Assembly (NCBI GenBank): GCA_046757025.1
Contig: JBHHXN010000060.1
Span: forward strand, 1-27,442
Direction of reading: 5' to 3'
Length of the DNA: 27,442 nucleotides
From: a bacterium
GTDB taxonomy: Bacteria; Zhuqueibacterota; Zhuqueibacteria; Oceanimicrobiales; Oceanimicrobiaceae
Shown: positions 1 through 8,541 of the stretch, in pieces
Layout: the number at the start of each line of letters is the position of its first letter
How positions within the stretch are numbered: the stretch's first letter is position 1
Made by a program: the position numbers and the translations under genes
The notes under the pieces: model-generated
What the model was told of the DNA's origin: nothing
Database searches by the model: none
The model's input: the letters and a program-made list of their open reading frames with translations, nothing else

Positions 1-109
1 TTGTCTATTTCAAAATCTATAGACGACGAATTTCGGTTTCCGGTTTTCGATTTTTTATTTTTCTTGGCAAAAAATGCAAAAGTTCAGTGTTAATAATATA
101 AAAAGATGA

Positions 110-263
110 AACGCAAAGAACGCCGAGAGCGCAGAGGAGTACGAGAAAGAAGAAATAATCAAAATAATAACAAAAAGTCTGGTCGTTTGGAATTGTCAAA
201 ATGCTTCTCGATTATTGAAATTAAAAACTCGGCAAACCTCTGCGTCCTTCGCGCCTCCGCGTT
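110..263. repeat. Imperfect inverted-repeat element (GC-rich arms around AT-rich spacer)
   Basis: AACGCAAAGAACGCCGAGAGCGCAGAGG (~109-137) is imperfectly complementary to CCTCTGCGTCCTTCGCGCCTCCGCGTT (237-263). The arms look built from short internal repeats. Confidence 0.6.
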
Positions 264-359
264 AATGGCTTTCACGCTGTATCGATATTTGGCAGCGGGA
301 GTCCGCTCAGAAACTTTGATAATAAAATAAAGTTTTTCAGAATAATAGAATAAACTTTC

Positions 360-493
360 GCCACAAAGGCACTAAGTCACTAAGAATAATAAACCTACAA
401 CAAGCAGAAAGTAAACTAAGTTTTCGGAGGTAATCTATTGCATTCTATTTTACTCAATATTTTCAATACTATGTGTCTTTTTGACTTCGTGGC
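360..493. repeat. Imperfect inverted-repeat element with short tandem CACTAAG units
   Basis: GCCACAAAGGCACTAAGTCACTAAG (360-384) vs CTATGTGTCTTTTTGACTTCGTGGC (469-493): about 18/25 complementary positions by eye. Confidence 0.55.
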
Positions 494-531
494 TATGAAT
501 TTTTCAGGTTAGTAAAAACATGTGCGGCTCT

Positions 532-567
532 AAAAAAAATACCCATGTAAAATGGCATGGGTATTTT
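532..567 (-). terminator. Rho-independent terminator of the minus-strand envelope operon
   Basis: Perfect 12-bp IR AAAATACCCATG (536-547) / CATGGGTATTTT (556-567) with an 8-nt loop. A-run 532-539 is the U-tract on the minus strand, about 45 nt after the PorV-like stop. Confidence 0.8.
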
Positions 568-611
568 GTAAGAAAGAACACAGTATAACATGTAAATGTA
601 TCGGATAAAGC

Positions 612-1655
612 TTAAAAGCTCAGCAAGACCGAAAACCGCACTAAATTGTCCAGCGATTCCTGATTGACCCACGAAAAATCAAAATGTCCGGTGAGTCCGC
701 TGAGTGAAGCTTTAACACCAGCGCCCGCTGAGAAGTTTTCGGAGAAGCCATTGGACTCGCCAGCGGCATCCTTGTCATCCTCTTCGTCCAGTTTAAAGCC
801 GCCCCGTAAAAATAAGGCGTCTCGCCAGCTATACTCGATGCCAAATGTTTCGTAACGCAAGTTGTCGTTTGGCTGCACTAACTGGGCGGCTACCATCAAT
901 TTCGAATTTTCTTTGTTGACGACATCCACCGAAATGCCAAATCGAAAAGTGATGGGCAGGGGAAAGGATTGGCCTTCAAATACCACCTTGCCTTGCGCAT
1001 CTTTTTCATCTCCAAAATTGAGGTCTGGCCCAAAGTTGGAGACGGACATGCCTAGGTTGAGTTCCCGAAAGCCGGTGTGATAGAGGGTGCCGATATCGAA
1101 CGCCACGGTTCTCTCGTTAAACCCGGCCAGGTCTTCAAAAATCACTTTGGCGGTCCCGCCCACTGAGAATCGGTCGGTCAGGCTTTTGGCATAGCTAAGT
1201 CCCACCGCCGACTCGCTGGCGCTGAACGATTCACCCGTTGGGCCTTCGAATGCCACCGTGACCGGCATGTCGCCGGTGGTGAGCATAATAAAACTAACGG
1301 CAAGAGTCCCGACATCAAATGGGTGAACATAGGTCGCAAAGAAATGCCGCAAGCCACCGGGCAGCGTGGTGTGGTTGAACATCGCCTGACGGCCGGGCAG
1401 CTCCGCCAGGGCACCCGGATTGTAAAAAACTGCGCTGGCATCGTTGACCAGCGCTACGAACGATTCACCCATGGCGGTGGCGCGCGCACTCACCCCGAGC
1501 TGCAGAAATTGTGCTCCAACGGTACCCGTTTTGGAAGGACCCCCTAACACGGTGGGACCTTGCTCGGGCTGCTGAGCCAGACCGGCAACCGGCAGCAACA
1601 GCGCCAATACAATCCAGCCCAATGAGCTCCTGAATTTTCTTTTACCTTTGTACAT
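612..1655 (-). CDS. PorV/PorQ-family (FadL-like) outer-membrane beta-barrel protein
   Basis: Signal peptide, then the family-typical N-terminus GAQFLQLGVSARATAMGE...NDASAVFYNPGAL. Amphipathic beta-strands, terminal Phe. RBS AAAGGAGG upstream of ATG. Confidence 0.85.
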   Translation of the reverse strand: MYKGKRKFRSSLGWIVLALLLPVAGLAQQPEQGPTVLGGPSKTGTVGAQFLQLGVSARATAMGESFVALVNDASAVFYNPGALAELPGRQAMFNHTTLPGGLRHFFATYVHPFDVGTLAVSFIMLTTGDMPVTVAFEGPTGESFSASESAVGLSYAKSLTDRFSVGGTAKVIFEDLAGFNERTVAFDIGTLYHTGFRELNLGMSVSNFGPDLNFGDEKDAQGKVVFEGQSFPLPITFRFGISVDVVNKENSKLMVAAQLVQPNDNLRYETFGIEYSWRDALFLRGGFKLDEEDDKDAAGESNGFSENFSAGAGVKASLSGLTGHFDFSWVNQESLDNLVRFSVLLSF

Positions 1656-1701
1656 GGAGATGCCTCCTTTATTTCATTCTGATGGTTGCAAATTTGGGTA
1701 T

Positions 1702-3897
1702 TTATTTGATTACGACAAATCGCCCGACTTTTCGATCGTTGTCGGTCTCCACAGAGAATAGATAAATTCCGCTGGCAATGGGGCGATTGTTTCTCGTTAC
1801 CAGATCCCAGCGTGCACGGGAAGAGTTGGGATCGTCGTGTACGAGTGTTTGAACCAGATCGCCATCCACGGTGAATATTCGAATGGTGCATTTAGCTGGT
1901 AAATTTACAAAATGGATTTCTCGATTGAGCTCGATCAAAACGTCTGAAGAAAGCGTAAGGTCTTCAAAACCCGAGCGCTGAATGTAGGGATTGGGCTCCA
2001 CCCAGATATCTTTGCTGAGTGCGTTCAACGGCGCCGGCGAGGCGGCCACTCGGGTGGAGTTGATCAGCGGGCTGGTAGCCAGGGAGCCGAGCCCGATGGA
2101 CGGCGCGCCGCGATCAAACGACACCACCGCATAAACAAATTCCTGACCGTTGGGAACGTGATCCACAAAACGGAACGACAGACCGGTGTTTCGGCCAAAA
2201 TCGTTGCCGGCGATATCAAATTCAGCAATGGTTTCAAACGTGCCCAGAACGCCGCTTTTGCTGCGCAACACGCGGAAGCCTTCAAAATCCTTGCTCTCAT
2301 CTTCTGGCGTATTGGGATCATCGGAAATAAATGGGTCCTGAAAATTGAGCGGCAAATTGGGATCATTGGGATCGTAACCAGGACTGTTGGGATCGGCAGC
2401 CGACCAATCGAGGTTGACAGTACGGTCGCCGGTGGTAATGGTAAGCGGTGGAGCTGGCGGCGGCGGCGGCCCTCTGAAATCAGGTACGCCGTCGCCGGTA
2501 TCAATGATGCCATCGCCATCGGTATCCTCGCCGGCGAAGCCGTCGCCGTCGGTATCAAAATCCGGATTGTCGAACATGATGCCGGCGATGGCAGCATTGA
2601 CGCCCAGGTCGATGAAGGAGGCCGGATCAAAAGTTCCCAGCGCGCGCGCCACGTCCGGGTCGCCTTCACCGCCGATCACCGCATAGGTGAACAGAATTGA
2701 ATCGCCTGGCGCAAAAATTTTCACGGTTTGCCCGAACATGGGATCGTTGGGATCACTGATGGTGGAATCCCGACTACCCAACGGGCTGAAGGCGATCATA
2801 AATCTCGAATTGTCATTGGGGTCGGAGCCAGCTGGAATATCGGGATTAAACTCGCCGGTTTCGGCATTGAACTGTGGCGGGTCAAAGGAGCCGTTGGTCA
2901 TCAAAATATATTTTTCGGGATCGTCTTCCGGGCTACCGATGGGATCCTTTAGATTCGGATCGCCCGTTACGACGTTTGGCGTTACCGGTCCCCAGTCATC
3001 TTTTGAGCTGACTTCGGTGTCGCTCATCCACCAATTGAAGGAGACCATGCCGTCGCGTTCGGTGGGTCGGAGAACCCGCACGCCCACCACACCGGCCATG
3101 CCGCCGTCGTCGCCATCGGGTTCCGCAACCCAGGCGGTGTTCACCACATCGCCAGTAGAATTGACCGCCATAAATCCGCTGGCGTCATCCTGCTGCGAGG
3201 CGTTGCCGATGACGCCCATGTCGTTATCTGCAAAAAATCCCACCGCAAAATTGCGAATATAGTTGTTGCCGATATTTTTAATGACCAGATCAAAAAAGAC
3301 GATATCTTCGGCAAAGGATAAACTGAATTGGTAGCTCTTTTCAATAATCTCCAGCCCTAACGAGCGCTGGTGTTTCGGCGGTGCGAAGGCAAAGCCTTTG
3401 GTGCTCAAAAACGTGTCGGTGTAAACCGAGATGAAATCTTCTTCCGAGACGGCGTCCGGGTGAAAATCCGGGCTGTTCGGCAGGGTTGATCGCACTTTGA
3501 TGGCTGAACGCTCGTCGGTGTAGTGTGCAAACATTTCACGAAAATCCACCACACTCCAGGCAGACGGTCCTTCGGAAACCAGGGTATCGAGGCTGCCGGG
3601 TTCATTCAGGTCGGGTCCCGAGGTGCCGTCGGAAGGCACGATGCCGCCTAAAAACAGACCGCCGCGGTTGATGTAGCGGGCGACCTGGCCTGGCACATCC
3701 GAGCCAGGCCAGATGGCGCCGCCGATGGCGTCGGAGCCGAACTGACCGAAATTGGTCACCTCTACCCAGAGCTTGCCGTTTCGGTGCGATTTCGAATCGA
3801 CAAACCGGTCTTGGGCCAGCAAGCTCGAACAAACAATAAATAGAAAGCACAGTGTAAAAAGCAGAACCACACTTTGCTGAATTAACTTGATTTTCAT
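1702..3897 (-). CDS. Secreted acidic protein with FN3-like domain and T9SS type-A-like C-terminal sorting domain
   Basis: Start moved to ATG 3897 (MKIKLIQQ; RBS AAGGAG), giving a signal peptide. DxDGDG repeats, PPPPPAPP linker, FN3-like segment. C-terminus VEPNPY...IHFVNLPAKCTIRIFTVDGDLV...WDL...ASGIYLFSV...GRFVVIK. Confidence 0.8.
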   Translation of the reverse strand: MKIKLIQQSVVLLFTLCFLFIVCSSLLAQDRFVDSKSHRNGKLWVEVTNFGQFGSDAIGGAIWPGSDVPGQVARYINRGGLFLGGIVPSDGTSGPDLNEPGSLDTLVSEGPSAWSVVDFREMFAHYTDERSAIKVRSTLPNSPDFHPDAVSEEDFISVYTDTFLSTKGFAFAPPKHQRSLGLEIIEKSYQFSLSFAEDIVFFDLVIKNIGNNYIRNFAVGFFADNDMGVIGNASQQDDASGFMAVNSTGDVVNTAWVAEPDGDDGGMAGVVGVRVLRPTERDGMVSFNWWMSDTEVSSKDDWGPVTPNVVTGDPNLKDPIGSPEDDPEKYILMTNGSFDPPQFNAETGEFNPDIPAGSDPNDNSRFMIAFSPLGSRDSTISDPNDPMFGQTVKIFAPGDSILFTYAVIGGEGDPDVARALGTFDPASFIDLGVNAAIAGIMFDNPDFDTDGDGFAGEDTDGDGIIDTGDGVPDFRGPPPPPAPPLTITTGDRTVNLDWSAADPNSPGYDPNDPNLPLNFQDPFISDDPNTPEDESKDFEGFRVLRSKSGVLGTFETIAEFDIAGNDFGRNTGLSFRFVDHVPNGQEFVYAVVSFDRGAPSIGLGSLATSPLINSTRVAASPAPLNALSKDIWVEPNPYIQRSGFEDLTLSSDVLIELNREIHFVNLPAKCTIRIFTVDGDLVQTLVHDDPNSSRARWDLVTRNNRPIASGIYLFSVETDNDRKVGRFVVIK

Positions 3898-3940
3898 GGG
3901 AATACTCCTTTTAAATAAGTTTCTTTCTATAGTCAATCAT

Positions 3941-6904
3941 TTAGAACCTGAAACCAAATCCTAAAAGAATTTGTCTCGGTGCTCCGAACTGTTCGGGGTT
4001 AAGGTCGGCTGCGCTGCCGTCGCCCGCCGGGTTGCCGTGTTTGAAGGTTTTCACGACCTGCTCACCGGTTTCGGGATCCGGAATGGTGCATTCGATGCAG
4101 CGGTGCGCTTCGTCTCCCACCAACGCTAACACGTTTCGCCTGTTAAACAAATTGTTGACATCCACATAAAAGCTGGCTAACAAGCTTCGAAATAATCGAA
4201 AGTCTTTTCGAAAACGCAGATCCACCGTCAGAAAATAGGGCAAGCGTTCGGAGTTTTCCGTCGCCAGCGGATCGGCATCTTCATCCAAAGTGAATGGCAA
4301 ACCGCTGCCGTAGCGAATAAACGTGTTCAAACCAAGTCGATCGATGTTTGCACCCAGAAAATTGAATCCCTGTCCGGCAGGTATTTCAAAATTGATGTTG
4401 GCATTAACGGTGTGCCGCTGGTCCCAATCGGCCGGCACTTCTTTGATGTTCGGAAAAGACGCGACGCCCAGTCCCAGGACGCCCTGGCGAAAAGTCGAGG
4501 CGCGCGTAGTGGCCCACATGATGGTGTAGTTGATGTTGGCTGATAGATAGTTGCTGTACCTTTTGATCAATTCGATTTCAAACCCGCGATCGCTGCCAAA
4601 GTCGCGGTTGATGAGTTTTTGAAACGGCGCGGCGTCCGGACCAAACTGTTCGGTGCTGATCTGGTTGCGAATGTCTTTAAAAAAGCCGGTGACGCCGATT
4701 TTCAAATTGTCGGTCAATTGATGATCGAAGCCCACTTCGTAAGAAATGGTTTCTTCGGCTTCCAGATCCGGGTTGCCAAAAGTATTCAACTGGTTTTGAA
4801 AAACCCGAAAGCGATTTTGTCGCCGGTAAAGCTGGCTCAAAGTCGGAATTTGAACAAATCGTCCGTAAAAGAAATACAGCGTGCTGCGGTCTGTAATGGG
4901 GTGTGAAATTCCCAATCTGGGCGATAGATATTTTTTATCGTTGATAACGTCTTTAGGCGTGTCATCCGTTTGAAACGCTTCATTGATTTCAAAGACCTCG
5001 GAGCCCGGATCAAAAATGTCAAACCGCAAACCCAGATTCACGATGAGCGATTCAAACTCGATTTTATCCTGGACGTAAGCTGAAAAATTGTTCGGCTCCC
5101 GTTCATAAAAATCTCGTAACGCACCGGAGGTGATGAACGGACCGTTATCCGGCGGGTCAATTCTACGCGAAGGAACCTTGTTGTCGCCATTGTCTATTCG
5201 CTGCTGGTCGAGACGGTTGATCTTCCATTCAAATCCGCCTTTAATTTCGTGGTTGCGGGTGACCTGGCTTAAAATGTCTGCTTTAATCGTAAACACTTCG
5301 GTTTCGTGGCGAGACCATGTGGACGCGCCATCGTATCCGGAGCGCTGAAAGCCCGAGAGATCCGGGTTGTCATCGGTGTAAATTTGTTCAAACCCACGGT
5401 CGGCGCCGTCTCCCTGACCGACCAGATTGTTGTCGATGGTCTCCAGACCTTCGGTGCGATTGTTCATGAATTCGGGGGTCTGCCGAATGCCGTTTCGAAT
5501 GCCCGGATATTGTAAACGGTCGTTTTTAGTGTAAGCGAATTTCACTTCGTAGAAGGTTTTCGGATTGATATTATGCGTCCAGGTCAGCACGGTGTTGGAA
5601 TTCGACCCTTCGAATTGTTGTGTCCATTCCGGTCGAAATTTATAAAAATGCCGGTAGTCGTCCTGCCAGAATTTCGAACCCAAAAAACTGACGCTGGCTT
5701 TGTAATTTGCGCCAGGTCGGTAGTTGAGCACGGCGCTGTAGCTGAGATTGTTTTCAAAGCGGCCGCCCCAATCGAACAGGCCAAGAAAACTGCTGAGAAA
5801 TGGGTGGTCAACTTTTTGTGGATTTGTAAACGAGACCGCATTGGCTTCGCCGGCTTCATGCACCTCTTCGGTTTGTTCAAATACTTCGTCATAATGAGTC
5901 AGCGTGGCGCTTTGGTCTTCATTGGGCAGGTAACCGTCGGACATCTCTGCGGTGGCTGACATAAAGAAGCTCAGTTGATTGCCAAGAAACGGAACCGGTC
6001 CACCGAGATTGAATTCCCAGCGGTCGGTGTTGAAGGAGTTCGCCCGCAGACCAGTGCCGCGCGGTTTAAAATATTTCTGCAAATCCGCGCGCAGCGGATC
6101 CTCGGCATTCAAAAGCACATCCGAAGGGAAGTCGCCGCTGCCAAAATCGTCGGTGAAATAAGCGATGCGGCCGGTGAACTTTCTGCTGCCAGACCGCGGT
6201 ACAATGTTGACGATTCCCGATTGCACGTTGCCGTACTCTGCGTTATAACCGCCGGTTTGCAGCTCGACTTCATCGATTGCATACTTATTAACCTCCACGA
6301 CTTCATTATTGAAGAGTGGATCGTTTACCGCGATGCCGTCGATCATATAAACCACCTCGCCGGAACGTCCCCCACGCACATGGATTTCCTCGCCTTCGCC
6401 GATGACGCCGGGCATCAAGATCACGGCATCGGTGACGGAAATCACGCCGGGAATATCTTCAATTTCCACGCCGGAGATTTTCGAAGCAGAAGAGGTGAGA
6501 TCTTTGATCACCAGAGGGCTTTGTGATACGACGGTGACAACCTCTCCTTCCAGTACTTGCGCTTCAAGAGCAAAATTCACTTTGGTGGTCAAATCCACCC
6601 TGACGACCACGTTGGTTTGTACCATTTTTTTGTAGCCGATAAAGGAGGTCTCGACACGGTATGTACCGGGGGGAACGCGTAAAATGGTGTAATAACCATC
6701 CACGTCGGTTGCGGCGCCCAGGGAAGTGCCCTGTACGATGACGTTGGTGCCAGGCAAAGGCTCGCCGGTCTCTGCGTCCGTGACCCTGCCAGCAATTTTA
6801 CCGCTGGTGCCGGAATAGACATAGGTGGGTATCGTAAGAAACGTGAAACCCACTAAAATCAAATTGATGAGCACGGCCGTTCTGAATCTTTTTAACCCGT
6901 CCAT
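3941..6904 (-). CDS. TonB-dependent outer-membrane receptor with N-terminal carboxypeptidase-regulatory-like domain
   Basis: GKIAGRVTDAETGEPLPGTNV N-domain; plug motifs IHVRGGR..E...IDG and TGGYNAEYGNVQSGIVNI; barrel motifs SPRLGISHP, GNPDLEAE, NNLFNRRN; ends GFGFRF. RBS AGGAG. Confidence 0.92.
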   Translation of the reverse strand: MDGLKRFRTAVLINLILVGFTFLTIPTYVYSGTSGKIAGRVTDAETGEPLPGTNVIVQGTSLGAATDVDGYYTILRVPPGTYRVETSFIGYKKMVQTNVVVRVDLTTKVNFALEAQVLEGEVVTVVSQSPLVIKDLTSSASKISGVEIEDIPGVISVTDAVILMPGVIGEGEEIHVRGGRSGEVVYMIDGIAVNDPLFNNEVVEVNKYAIDEVELQTGGYNAEYGNVQSGIVNIVPRSGSRKFTGRIAYFTDDFGSGDFPSDVLLNAEDPLRADLQKYFKPRGTGLRANSFNTDRWEFNLGGPVPFLGNQLSFFMSATAEMSDGYLPNEDQSATLTHYDEVFEQTEEVHEAGEANAVSFTNPQKVDHPFLSSFLGLFDWGGRFENNLSYSAVLNYRPGANYKASVSFLGSKFWQDDYRHFYKFRPEWTQQFEGSNSNTVLTWTHNINPKTFYEVKFAYTKNDRLQYPGIRNGIRQTPEFMNNRTEGLETIDNNLVGQGDGADRGFEQIYTDDNPDLSGFQRSGYDGASTWSRHETEVFTIKADILSQVTRNHEIKGGFEWKINRLDQQRIDNGDNKVPSRRIDPPDNGPFITSGALRDFYEREPNNFSAYVQDKIEFESLIVNLGLRFDIFDPGSEVFEINEAFQTDDTPKDVINDKKYLSPRLGISHPITDRSTLYFFYGRFVQIPTLSQLYRRQNRFRVFQNQLNTFGNPDLEAEETISYEVGFDHQLTDNLKIGVTGFFKDIRNQISTEQFGPDAAPFQKLINRDFGSDRGFEIELIKRYSNYLSANINYTIMWATTRASTFRQGVLGLGVASFPNIKEVPADWDQRHTVNANINFEIPAGQGFNFLGANIDRLGLNTFIRYGSGLPFTLDEDADPLATENSERLPYFLTVDLRFRKDFRLFRSLLASFYVDVNNLFNRRNVLALVGDEAHRCIECTIPDPETGEQVVKTFKHGNPAGDGSAADLNPEQFGAPRQILLGFGFRF

Positions 6905-6962
6905 AACATGACTCCTATTGAGGTTTATTATTAAATGATCCTGATTGTTTGTTTTGTTAAAT

Positions 6963-8399
6963 TTATTGCGCCATTTCTCGCATGATTTCTTGAGTTAATG
7001 CCCGCGAGTTCAGTAAACTGGCTTTAACGGCTCTGTTTTCAAATAACGGAAAGGTTAGAAATACCAGTTGTGTGTTGGTACCGCCGGTGGGAAAACGCAG
7101 GGCGACATCGCCCACCACATCGCCCAGGCCGCCTTTGCCGGCATAGATGATTTCGGATTGCGCATCCGGCACGATATGTTCCACGTCGCCGGCTTGAACG
7201 TCCATGGTGATGCGTGGGAAATTGACTGGATCGCCCAGAACGTTGTCGGCAAAGCTGAATTTTAAATCCCCGCTGAAATCGCCGGCGCGTTTCCACACGC
7301 GTGAGGCGTCGGTGGCGGAATCGCCAGTGGCGGCGGCCAGGTGCAAATAGACCACCTCAAATTCGGTGGCGGCTGGTGGATTGTCATGGCCACGGTCGAT
7401 GTCTTCCATGATGCCCTGCCCCATGACCCAGAGCTTGCCGCCGGCGTCCACAAATTGCGATAATTGCACAGGTGTTTCCGGGTAGTCGGTGCCGATGGCA
7501 CGCCACCAGGATGAACCCGTACCGCTGTACACCACGGCCACTTCAAATGGAGATAAATCCGCAAACGCCGGCACGCCCTGTTCAGCCACGTCCCAGCGCG
7601 AAAAGGCAAATCCTTCGAATATCTCCCCGTAGAAATTGTCTTCATCGATTTCATCTAAAACATCGCCCTGAGGCTTGTCATCGACGATGACGATGGTTGG
7701 ATTTTTCACTTCGTAGTTAAAGGTGGTAGTGGAAACCAGGCCGCCGTTATCCTGTGCTTCTAGGGTGAAGGTATAAACAGCGGGGGTTGCCGGCACTTCA
7801 AAACCGGCGATATTTGCCATGGTGAACTCTGTGAAGGTTGCGGCGTCCGTAATTTTCCAACGGTAGCCGGTAATTTGGCCGAATTTATCCACGTCTTCGC
7901 CGCTCCAGTTTATAAAGGCGCTTTGGCCAGGGGCATAGGCCGGCGTGATGCCGCTGCCTCCGCTGGAGGCGCTGCCGCGGGCGCCGGCGATCACCACGGT
8001 GGGCGCTCCAAGATTGGGCCCTACTTTAAAGCTACGGGAATCACTGGCCGTTTCGGAGCCAGCTTTGGCGGTTACGGTGAAGGTGTAATCGCCTTCGAGT
8101 TGCCCGGAGTAGGTTTTTGTGGTTTCGGTTGTGGAGAGGGGCTGTGCATCCACCCCGGATAGTTGAATTTGAAATGTAATATCTCCGCCGCCGCCAATGG
8201 CCCGCCAGTCGAAGGTAAAAAACTCGTTATTTAGAATGGTGACGCCTGCCTGCGGTCCGGCAATGATCTCAACCGTTAACTCCTGAACAAAACGCGTCAA
8301 GGTCGGATCGTCTTCGGCGCAGGAAACATACAAACCGCTTATGAAAATTACACAGATAAAAATATTTAAAATGTATTTTTTTTGAATGAATTTAAACAT
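6963..8399 (-). CDS. Putative lipoprotein, Ig-like repeats plus C-terminal alpha/beta (class I glutamine amidotransferase-like) domain
   Basis: Lipobox-like LYVS-C after a basic and hydrophobic N-terminus. Beta-rich segments (EGDYTFTVTA, YTFTLEAQD). C-domain IVIVDD...AVVYSG...LSQFVDAGGKLWVMG. RBS AAAGGAGG. Confidence 0.7.
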   Translation of the reverse strand: MFKFIQKKYILNIFICVIFISGLYVSCAEDDPTLTRFVQELTVEIIAGPQAGVTILNNEFFTFDWRAIGGGGDITFQIQLSGVDAQPLSTTETTKTYSGQLEGDYTFTVTAKAGSETASDSRSFKVGPNLGAPTVVIAGARGSASSGGSGITPAYAPGQSAFINWSGEDVDKFGQITGYRWKITDAATFTEFTMANIAGFEVPATPAVYTFTLEAQDNGGLVSTTTFNYEVKNPTIVIVDDKPQGDVLDEIDEDNFYGEIFEGFAFSRWDVAEQGVPAFADLSPFEVAVVYSGTGSSWWRAIGTDYPETPVQLSQFVDAGGKLWVMGQGIMEDIDRGHDNPPAATEFEVVYLHLAAATGDSATDASRVWKRAGDFSGDLKFSFADNVLGDPVNFPRITMDVQAGDVEHIVPDAQSEIIYAGKGGLGDVVGDVALRFPTGGTNTQLVFLTFPLFENRAVKASLLNSRALTQEIMREMAQ

Positions 8400-8541
8400 T
8401 ATTCTTCCCTCCTTTCGGGTGGTCAGAGAATAAGTCGAAGGCTGACGGTATCCGGGCCAGCTTCAATTTTTTTGCATGAAACGCTCTTTTGAATTTACCT
8501 GTCATTTCGAGCTCACGAATGGCATTGGTTGCAAATAGGAT

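Noticed and set aside
17..330. ORFs 17..199 (-) and 106..330 (+)
   Set aside because: They overlap the inverted-repeat element, have low-complexity translations and lack a clear RBS.
3898..3936. ORF-track N-terminal extension of the CTD protein
   Set aside because: The extension contains the AAGGAG RBS for ATG 3897, and the signal peptide begins at MKIK.
8400..8541. Possible riboswitch between the two lipoprotein genes
   Set aside because: Only a single imperfect hairpin (~8437-8464), with no recognisable aptamer consensus.
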